DNA of 64,000 nucleotides from Eledone cirrhosa. Taxonomy: Eukaryota. Below, in pieces: positions 1 through 10,090 of the stretch; positions within the stretch are counted from its first letter, which is position 1; every line of letters begins with the position of its first letter. The notes beneath the pieces are model-generated. The model was not told the origin of the DNA, searched no databases, and saw nothing but the letters and a program-made list of their open reading frames with translations. Both the position numbers and the translations under genes were made by a program. Where the stretch lies: positions 12,152,001 to 12,216,000 of the forward strand of contig OZ024749.1 in the NCBI GenBank assembly GCA_964016885.1, read 5' to 3'.

Positions 1-139
1 ATTTAAACTCTACTTTGATATCAGCTAAATATGCTTTATTAATTAAAAAAATTTTAAATCGTAAACAAATCTATTTTAAATAGCAACAACACTACAGAGA
101 CTTATTTAAAAATAGAAAATGAAGGGATGGGTTCTAGGC

Positions 140-900
140 CTAGGGCACGGTGGTGTTGGGGCTGCACTCCATGACACCCGCTGCAACAGCCACCTCACCT
201 TGCAGGGGCTCTTTCCTCTGATGGGCTGCTGATGTTCCAATCTTGCGGAGGAGCTCGGCAGTATGGGGTTCAAGTATGCCGGAGATCTCGACTGGTACGA
301 AGGGGAAGCGGGCAGGCAATCCCTGATATTTGTTTCCTCTGCATTGTGGGTTTGTGACCAATTCAACTAAGTTGGAGACGGAGAACGTCTCACAACATGT
401 GGTGTTCCAGATGAGGGATCTACCTCCTTTGAATGGGAGGAGGTTAATTCCATCGATGCACTTGCCATCTTCGTGGTTGAGGCCTGCTGGTTCCAGTTGT
501 GATGGGTAGCTAGCTGCATCCAGGCTACTTCTCAATATGCTGTTGAGAGCAGCATGTTGGGGGAACCGGTCTGTGTTCTGGCGGCAAGACAGTGGGTGTA
601 GGTCGAATTTGTCAATCACCTCCCAGCAATGGCATTTATGTGACTCACAAACGTGGACGCCGAGGAGTTGGGCCACTTATCAAGAAGTGTACCAGTTGAT
701 GTGGAGGGTACTGAATTGAGCCATGCGCAGCTGTTTGGTTGAGAAGTGGAGCGGAGGCAGGCAAGGCAGTGTTGGTCCAAGCCAGACTCAATCCACATGA
801 AGGAAGACCTGCATTTGATGTCGTCCCAGTTGCATTGGACATTTGTATACTGGGGGATAGAGAGACCTTCACCTGTCCAGTCGGCCGAAGTACTCATTCT
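140..900 (-). mobile_element. 3' fragment of a CRE-like non-LTR retrotransposon (zinc knuckle + restriction-like endonuclease), frameshifted
   Basis: Overlapping minus ORFs give SCAWLNSVPSTSTGTLLD, CHC-x7-HPLSC (CCHC knuckle), RFPQHAALN (RH motif), DGKCIDG (degenerate PD of the RLE), SLIWNTT and KYQGL...FVPVEISG, in the CRE-clade C-terminal order. Confidence 0.7.
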
Positions 901-978
901 AATGGTTGTCAAAAATCACACGTGTGTGTGTGTGTGTACACCCACACGATTTTCATATATATGTATTTAGTGTCTTAA

Positions 979-1609
979 CCCTTTAACATTTACATTACTC
1001 TACATTTACTATTATATTTTCACAGTAAAGGCTTTACTCTCATAACATTTACATTACTCTACATTTACTATTATATTTTCACAGTAAAGGCTTTACTCTC
1101 ATAACATTTACATTACTCTACATTTACTATTACATTTTCACAGTAAAGGCTTTACTCTCATAACATTTACATTACTCTACATTTACTATTATATTTTCAC
1201 AGTAAAGGCTTTACTCTCATAACATTTACATTACTCTACATTTACTATTACATTTTCACAGTAAAGGCTTTACTCTCATAACATTTACATTACTCTACAT
1301 TTACTATTACATTTTCACAGTAAAGGCTTTACCTCACATAACATTTACATTACTCTACATTTACTATTACATTTTCACAGTAAAGGCTTTACTCTCATAA
1401 CATTTACATTACTCTACATTTACTATTATATTTTCACAGTAAAGGCTTTACTCTCATAATTATTTCACATAATATCGAATCTATGAGATTTTTATATTTA
1501 TTTTAAGAACAATACCTTAACATTGGTATGAATGGCCAGCTATGGCCAGTTTGAACAGAAAAAGATGAGAGAATTCTGGCCATATACAGTTGGTTTAAAT
1601 GCTAAAGGG
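979..1609 (+). mobile_element. piggyBac-like MITE (family A), expanded by an internal tandem repeat
   Basis: TTAA|CCCTTTAACATTT ... AAATGCTAAAGGG|TTAA; unexpanded relatives near 27073-27283 and 43271-43472. Confidence 0.75.
985..1458 (+). repeat. 59-bp tandem repeat, ~8 copies
   Basis: Unit AACATTTACATTACTCTACATTTACTATTATATTTTCACAGTAAAGGCTTTACTCTCAT repeats with a 59-nt period. Confidence 0.95.
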
Positions 1610-2431
1610 TTAAGCATCTATTTGCATTTTTTTTCCCTCCAGAGTGGTTTATTTTTTTAGAACAGGAAGGCTTTGTCTAAATGCTCCCACACACCACTTA
1701 AAACAGATTGATGACATATCTCCTACTTCCTAATATTTTTAGATAGAGAAGAAATATATTGAAATGATGGTAGGAGGTAACAGGAGAAGAAATATATTGA
1801 TGGTAGGAGGAAACAGGAGAAGAACAAACAAAGAAGAAAATGATTAAAACTAAGAAATAGAAATTCTTGTGAAAAATTGCCAACAAGTAACAGTGGCATG
1901 ATAACACATATAATGTCAAAAGGGTGGAGAGTGAGAAGTTTAATGAATATAGTAATATATATACTAACATGTGATGAGTGTGATGCCACCTAGAATATCA
2001 CTAACATATTCTCATTCTCTAACCAACTTAAATACATTCACAATATCTTTTTACTTTTGTCAATAGAAGTACTGTTTTGTGTGTGGGGTAAGTATGTGTA
2101 TATCCAGTTTAAAATAGGTACACCATCTCCTTGCATGCCATGTTGTAAGGGTTGGTGGTGGAAGGAACTGTAAAACATTGCCTCTAAAACGGCCCCATGA
2201 AATCTGTCATGGAGCCTACAAGACTAAACCTTTGCATTTTCAGGGCATTTACTAAAATTATTATTTCATTTCTTAAGATAAGATTTGTAGCATAACAAAA
2301 TGTTCTTATTTCAAATTATATTGGAGGATTCTTATTTAAATAGGAATCCTCTAAAATGGGTGGTTTTGTTTGATAGAACTAGTGGAGTTTAGAGTAGTTG
2401 GTATCAAAAAGGAGTTAAGACAAATAATAAC

Positions 2432-2590
2432 GATTTCTACTTTAGGCTCAAGGCCAACAATTTGGATGGGAGTGGGGAACATTATATTAATCCCAGTACT
2501 TTATTTTATCAATCCCGAAAAGATGAAAAACAAAGCTGACCTTGGTAAGACTTGAATTCAGAACATAAAGGGTTGTAACTAAATGTTACT
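2432..2590 (-). mobile_element. Meta-domain-like tRNA-derived SINE, diverged
   Basis: TTTCTACTTTAGGCTCAAGGCC tail, CCAGTACTTTATTTTATCAATCCCGAAAAGATGAAAA core, B-box-like TTGAATTCAG; matches other copies in the window. Confidence 0.65.
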
Positions 2591-2752
2591 ATTAAGCATT
2601 TGTTCAACACTTGAATGACTGTCATAATTGTTTTGTTTATTGGGAACAAGGGTAGAAAAGATTGGAGGATGATAGTATGAGAGTGAAATACATAAGAACA
2701 GTATGAAATTTACATTGAGTAAAAACGACTTGGTTCTGGCAATAACAATTAA

Positions 2753-2972
2753 CCCTTTTGTTACCATATTTCTAATGAAATATTTTGTATTTTAATTAAT
2801 GAACAATTTGGAGAGATTTACTAAAATTATAATTTTGTTAAGAAGGTATTTATGACATCAAATTTTCTTATATAAAATTATGTTGCAAAGTTTTAATTTA
2901 AGAAGAATTCATTTAAAATGTGTTTGCTTCATAGAAAGAAGGTGGTTTAGGGGCAGGTTTGTATCAAAAGGG
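2753..2972 (+). mobile_element. piggyBac-like MITE (family B, ~220-280 bp)
   Basis: TTAA|CCCTTTTGTTACCATATTTC ... GTATCAAAAGGG|TTAA; many relatives (about 27000-27430, 40025-40570, 41236-41540, 42181-42452, 43514-43750, 58265-58482). Confidence 0.7.
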
Positions 2973-3574
2973 TTAATAATTAGGTTATACTGATATTATG
3001 TCAATGCTAAATATGTTGGTAGTATATACCTGGTGTACTTAGAACATTATTATTTAGGGCAGAATTTATAATTATAAAACAACATAAAGGTAGGAGAAGG
3101 GGTCAGATAGTGTGTGGGGGCAGGGTAAAGCAGCTTTTTTCTTGAAGCAACTAAATAATGTGGAAAATAGGAGAAAAGTGGGGTACGGTATATACAAGAT
3201 GAGGAGGAGGGGGGGGGGGGTAATGGGAGATGGTCTAAAGGAGTAGTCTCTCCTATAATATCCATGGGAAACTGCAGTCATGACATGAGAGAGAGAGAGA
3301 GGCAGGACACGAGAGAGGCATGAACAACTGCAGTCATGACATGAGAGGTGGGGGAGGGGGATATGAACAACTATGGAGGAGTAAAAGCAGTCAGTTATGT
3401 TATTCAACATGGAAACACAAGGATGTGTAGGGGGAGAATAGCAAAGAACATGTCCCTCATAAAGGGAAAAAAATCGATTGATGGAGTTCTAGCAGCCAGC
3501 AGCAGCAGCAGCAGTAGTTTTCCATCGCAACAAACTTATGATTTCAGATGAGAATTACATGATATAAACACAAC

Positions 3575-5306
3575 ATAACAGATATAGTAGTAGTAGTAGT
3601 GGCACTGAAATAACAGATATAGTAGTAGTAGTAGTAGTAGTAGTGGCACAGAAATAACAGATATAGTAGTAGTAGTAGTAGTAGTAGTGGCACAGAAATA
3701 ACAGATATAGTAGTAGTAGTAGTGGCACTGAAATAACAGATATAGTAGTGGCACTGAAACAACAGATATAGTAGTAGTAGTGGCACTGAAACAACAGATA
3801 TAGTAGTAGTAGTGGCACTGAAATAACAGATATAGTAGTGGCACTGAAACAACAGATATAGTAGTAGTAGTGGCACTGAAATAACAGATATAGTAGTGGC
3901 ACTGAAACAACAGATATAGTAGTGGCACTGAAACAACAGATATAGTAGTAGTAGTGGCACTGAAATAACAGATATAGTAGTAGTAGTGGCACTGAAACAA
4001 CAGATATAGTAGTAGTAGTGGCACTGAAACAACAGATATAGTAGTAGTAGTGGCACTGAAATAACAGATATAGTAGTAGTAGTGGCACTGAAATAACAGA
4101 TATAGTAGTGGCACTGAAACAACAGATATAGTAGTAGTAGTGGCACTGAAATAACAGATATAGTAGTAGTAGTGGCACTGAAACAACAGATATAGTAGTA
4201 GTAGTGGCACTGAAATAACAGATATAGTAGTAGTAGTGGTGGCACTGAAATAACAGATATAGTAGTAGTAGTGGTGGCACTGAAATAACAGATATAGTAG
4301 TAGTAGTGGCACTGAAATAACAGATATAGTAGTAGTGGCACTGAAACAACAGATATAGTAGTAGTAGTAGTAGTGGCACTGAAATAACAGATGTAGTAGT
4401 AGTAATAGTGGCACTGAAAACAGATATAGTAGTAGTAGTGGTGGCACTGAAATAACAGATATAGTAGTAGTAGTAGTGGCACAGAAATAACAGATATAGT
4501 AGTAGTAGTAGTGGCACTGAAATAACAGATGTAGTAGTAGTAATAGTGGCACTGAAAACAGATATAGTAGTAGTAGTAGTAGTGGTGGCACTGAAATAAC
4601 AGATATAGTAGTAGTAGTGGCACAGAAATAACAGATATAGTAGTAGTAGTAGTGGCACTGAAATAACAGATATAGTAGTAGTAATAGTGGCACTGAAATA
4701 ACAGATATAGTAGTAGTAGTGGCACAGAAATAACAGATATAGTAGTAGTAGTGGCACTGAAATAACAGATATAGTAGTAGTAGTGGCACTGAAATAACAG
4801 ATATAGTAGTAGTAGTAGTAGTGGCACTGAAATAACAGATATAGTAGTAGTAATAGTGGCACTGAAAACAGATATAGTAGTAGTAGTAGTGGTGGCACTG
4901 AAATAACAGATAGTAGTAGTAATAGTGGCACTGAAATAACAGATATAGTAGTAATTTCAGTGCCACTACTACTACTACTATATCTGTTATTTCAGTGCCA
5001 CTACTACTACTATATCTGTTATTTCAGTGCCACTACTACTACTATATCTGTTATTTCAGTGCCACTACTACTACTACTATATCTGTTATTTCAGTGCCAC
5101 TATAACAGATATAGTAGTAATAGTGGCACAGAAATAACAGATATAGTAGTAGTAGTGGCACTGAAATAACATATATAGTAGTAGTAGTGGCACTGAAATA
5201 ACAGATATAGTAGTAGTAGTGGCACTGAAATAACAGATATAGTAGTAGTAGTAGTGGCACTGAAATAACAGATATAGTAGTAGTAGTGGCACTGAAATAA
5301 CAGATA

Positions 5307-5339
<33 letters not shown>

Positions 5340-5630
5340 CACTGAAACAACAGATATAGTAGTAGTAGTGGCACCGAAATAACAGATATAGTAGTAGTAG
5401 TAGTGGTATTGAAATAACAGATATAGTAGTAGTAGTAGTAGTGGCACTGAAATAACGGATATAGTAGTAATAGTAGTGGTACTGAAATAACAGATATAGT
5501 AGTAGTAGTGGCACTGAAATAACAGATATAGTAGTAGTAGTAGTGGTGGCACTGAAATAACAGATATAGTAGTACTAGTGGCACTGAAATAACAGATATA
5601 GTAGTTGTAGTGGCACTGAAATAACAGATA

Positions 5631-5684
<54 letters not shown>

Positions 5685-5870
5685 CACTGAAATAACAGAT
5701 GTAGTAGTAGTAGTAGCAGCAGCAGCACTGAAATGTCAGTTATAGTAGTAGTAGTAGTGACACTGAAATAACAGATATAGTAGTAGTAGTAGTAGAGGCA
5801 CTGCAATAACAGATATAGTAGTAGTAGTAGTAGTGGGGCACTGAAGTAACAGATATAGTAGTAGTAGTAG
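3575..5870 (+). repeat. Minisatellite GGCACTGAAATAACAGATATA(GTA)nGT with an internal inverted block, grading into (AGT/AGC)n to ~6040
   Basis: Dozens of near-identical anchor units separated by variable (GTA)n; 4954-5102 is in reverse orientation. Confidence 0.95.
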
Positions 5871-6434
5871 TAGCAGCAGCAGCAGCCGCAGTAGCAGTAA
5901 CAGTAGTAGTAGCAGAAGCAGTAGTAGTAGCAGCAGTGACAGCAGCAGTAGTAGCAGCAGCAGTAGTAGCAGCAGCAGCAGCAGTAGCAGCAGTAGCAGC
6001 AGTAGCAGCAGTAGTAGTAGTAGCAGCAGTAGTAGTAGTGACATAACAGAGGTGGTACTATTGCAAGTGCATGCAAATCTATATTAAGAGTAATAATAAT
6101 AAGTGTTAAACTTATAGTCCAAAACTTTGTATGTATCCCTTCAAGCTGTATTGGAATGTGAAGGAATATTGCAAATGTATATATGATGAAGCCACATGCA
6201 CCAATTGTGCATTGTTGCATAATAAATGCAGGCAATGGATGCTTTGCATCCCATTGCTGCATCAAGTGTGGCCGAAACACATGTACGGGTATAGATTGAA
6301 GGTACCCATTTATGTGTGTTGTATTGAAGCGAATAACTGTGTCTACTCTGGAATTTTACATTACCTATTGAGTGCACTGAGATGCAACGGAACTAGCAGT
6401 GAAGTCCATGCTAGTACCATCAACTTATTATATA

Positions 6435-6813
6435 TAAGCAAAGGGATATTTAATTTGTTGGTAATTCAACAAATATATATATTTATAACAGATTCGAAGC
6501 ACTTGACAAGTTTTCTGGAGTATAATATCAATGATATTAATAAATGGAAACTATATTTATAAAACCATATTTATTCTATTATATATATTTCAAGGGTACC
6601 AACACTTTGGTACGTTCAAATCAGATAAAATACAAAGTTTGTTTTATAAATATTGACATATCCAGGAATGAGACCTTAACGGTTCAAGTTTCATCTGGAT
6701 GAAACTTGAACCATTAAGGTCTCATTCCTGGATATGTCAATATTTATAAAACAAACTTTGTATTTTATCTGATTTGAACGTACCAAAGTTTTGGTACCCT
6801 TGAAATATATATA
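6435..6813 (-). mobile_element. Penelope-like terminal (pLTR) fragment with fold-back inversion and a mutated hammerhead
   Basis: 6435-6690 aligns by eye with 55377-55612; 6580-6695 and 6698-6813 are inverted arms; hammerhead core reads CTGATTT instead of CTGATGA. Confidence 0.7.
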
Positions 6814-7132
6814 TATGTATACGTTCGTTTAATAATCTTCTCGTATTTAAACACTGATTACTGTTATACATTCGTTTAAATTATGGTCGAATTTGTAGGA
6901 TTATATTATAAAAATAACCTTCTAGTTAACTTCCCCATATCCCCCCCCCCCCACTCGCCACAATTACTATTTGGTCCAATCATAATCCAGCGGCTTATAA
7001 TATGTTTCTCTTACCAATCTCTTTCACAAAACCACCGTCTCAGCTATTCACTCCTTAAGTTTAAACCTGGTTGCCTTTGATATGCTAGATGGACTATAGA
7101 ATTCTGGTGAGTCTGAAGAATCTGGACACTCA

Positions 7133-9503
7133 ATGACAATGATAAAGATAAATTCACCTCATGTTGCCGGACGAGAATGCATGGACTCCTCTTTATTTCA
7201 GACGCGGATGGCTAACATAACCCCATCTCCCTCACCCCTCTCTGCGCCTCCAGTCCATCCCTTCCACCCACCAAACGAAATCCAAAACTTCAGAGTTGGT
7301 ACCATGAATGTAGGCACTTTAAAAGATCGCTCTAATGAGGTTGTAGAGATGCTTGCACGTAAGGAGGTTGATGTTTGTTGTGTTCAAGAGACTAGGTGGA
7401 GGGGTGGGTCTGCTAGATTCATTGTGGGTAAAAAACGATGCTATAAACTTTTCTGGATGGGAAATGACAATGGGCTGGGTGGAGTAGGAATTATGTTAGC
7501 AGAAAAATGGGTAGATAAGGTAATCGAGGTAAATAGAGTGAATGACAGAATAATCAAAATAAGACTTGTCCTAAATAGAACCACTGTGACAATAATATCC
7601 GCTTACGCACCCCAATCTGGACTGCCTGGCGTTATAAAAGACAGATTCTATGAGTCGCTAATGCTCCCTACCTCTCAAATAACCGACAGTGACTACATAA
7701 TTATTGCTGGCGACCTAAATGGTCATGTTGGACAACATTGTGACAGCTATGACAGAATCCATGGAGGCTATGGGTTTGGTACTAGAAATGAGGAAGGCTC
7801 CAGAATCATGGAATTCTGTGACGCAAATAACCTAACTATCTGTAACACTAACTTCAAAAAATTAGACAATCACTTAATCACCTATAGATCACCTATAGAT
7901 CAGGGCAACACACCAGTCAGATAGATTATATCCTGACCAGAAGACGTGACAGAGCGTCTCTTGTAAACACTGAATCCCTCACCCGTGAATAATGCACCTC
8001 CCAACATAGCCTGATAGTTAGTGACCTCATAGTCAGGACTAGACGTACTCGACAACAGAGGAGGACTACCCTGAGAAGAAGAATTTGGAAGTTAAAGGAA
8101 CCCACAGCCAGTAACAAATTTAAAAGCATATTACTTGATGCTTTTGACAGTAAGGAAGAGCAATTAGAGACGTACAGTATAGAGGAACAGTGGGAATTCC
8201 TGAAAGTTAACCTACTGAAGGCGACAGATGAAATCTGTGGCTGGAGCAGACCTATTGGCAGGAGGAGAGTAACATGGTGGTGGAACAGTAAGGTGGAAGA
8301 GTCAATCAAGGCCGAAAAGCAAGCTTGGAAAGTATGGCGGGATGGAGCAAGTAGAGACACTATCAAGTGGCCAGGAGGGAAACTAGGAGACAAGTGTACC
8401 TTGCAAGAAGGGAAGCAGAGGAAAGAAAGTTCAAGCATGTTCTACAACGCGAGGACCAAAAACGTGGTGTTCAGGATTGCTAGACAATGTGTCAAGGAAA
8501 ACCGTGATATTGACGGGGAGAAGTGTGTCCATAATGATGATGGTGTACTTGCCGTCACTGACGCTGATAAGAAGGTAGCTTGGAAGTATCACTACGAGAG
8601 GCTACTAAATGAGGAGAATAAATGGTAAAAAGATAGTCTGCCCCAACTTGATCCAATAGAAGGACCAGCAGTGCAAGTTGAAGGTAGTATAATAAGTAAG
8701 GCAATCAAAAATATGAAGACAGGCAAAGCAGCTGGGCCTTCGGAGATAGTTGCTGAAATGCTGAAAGCATCTGGATCGGTGGGACACACTATGGTTACCC
8801 GGATAGTAAACCAAGTCATACAGAACGGGGTCACACCAAATGACTGGCGTAGCAGCATCATCATTAACTGCTACAAGGGTAAAGGAGATGCTCTAGACAG
8901 GGGAAACTATAGAGGCATTAAGTTAGTTGAGCAGGTCATGAAGGTCACAGAAAGAGTTATAGTGCAACTAATCAGAGAGCGAATTGATCTAGATGAAATG
9001 CAGTTTGAGTTTGTGTCAGGTAAAAGTACCACAGACGCTCTTTTCCTTGTACGATAACTGCAGGAGAAGTACCTAGCTAAAAGTAAACCCCTATACTTAG
9101 CTTTTGTTGACTTGGAGAAAGCCTTTGACGGAGTCGCCCGCTCCATTATCTGGTGGGCACTTAAAAAACTAGGTGTAGATGAATGGCTTGTTAATTCTAA
9201 CCTTACTGACTGTTTCTTTATACAACGAATATAGTGAAGAATTTAGCGTAAAAGTTGGTGCTCATCAGGGCTCTGTCCTTAGCCCCCTCCTATTTATTAT
9301 TGCCCTTCAGGCTATAACAGAGGAGTTCAAGACCCACTGTAAAGTGGTTGGCGTTAGGAAGGGTACTAGCCATAGAAACCTAGCCAGAAACAGACCTATA
9401 TGAGTAAGACACAGGCACCTGCCCAACTTACCTCAAATGGGACGACCCGTCTAACCCATGCTAGCGTGGAAAATAAAATAGATGTTGAACGATGATAATG
9501 ATG
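7133..9503 (+). mobile_element. RTE-clade LINE, degraded (APE endonuclease + partial RT, internal deletion to the 3' UTR)
   Basis: GTMNVGTL, CVQETRW, ISAYAPQ, IAGDLNGHVG (APE); KAAGPSEI, YKGKGD, NYRGIKL, HQGSVLSPLLF (RT); stops and frameshifts; jumps at ~9333 to the 3' UTR ending in GATGATAATGATGA. Confidence 0.93.
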
Positions 9504-9819
9504 ACTTGTAAACAAAAACTCACACTGCCTATAGTTATTTTGAAAATAAGAATTTAGAGGGATTTAATAAAATAGCTAACCTTTTTAAAGTATTAAGCTA
9601 GTGTTTAGTGCATAACTTAAAGGTTCTTATATAAATCTTTGATGGAAGGTTTTTAGATTAACAAAACATTTTAAACAAACAGTTATGTATCATAGAACCA
9701 GGAGTGGTTTCAGGCAATTTCATATCAAAAGGATCAAGTGATAACATTATTAGGACAGCTAACAAATTATGGGAGCAAATATTCCTTACTATATGACAAA
9801 TAGTAAAAAATACCAGTTT

Positions 9820-10040
9820 AACTCTTTAGCATTTAAACCGGCCATATCCAGCCAGAATCTCTCCTTTTTGTTCAAACTGGTTGTAATTAGCAGCTCATAC
9901 CTACATTAAGGTATTCTTCTAAAAATAAATAACATCAAAATCTCATAGATTTGATATTATGTGAGATAATTATGTGAGGTAAAGCCTTTACTGTGAAAAT
10001 ACAATAGTAAATATGGAATAATGTAAATCGTAAAAGGTTA
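9820..10040 (-). mobile_element. piggyBac-like MITE family A, reverse orientation
   Basis: AACTCTTTAGCATTTAAACCGGCC ... AAAAGGTTAA; reverse complement of the 43271 copy. Confidence 0.6.
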
Positions 10041-10090
10041 AATCAAATGTACCTTGCATAAAATTGAAGTTGAAAGTATTAATTAGCCTT

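Noticed and set aside
3536-6280. Long Cys/Tyr/Leu/Thr-rich ORFs of 400-476 aa
   Set aside because: Open in all three minus frames because the minisatellite lacks stops on that strand; not a protein
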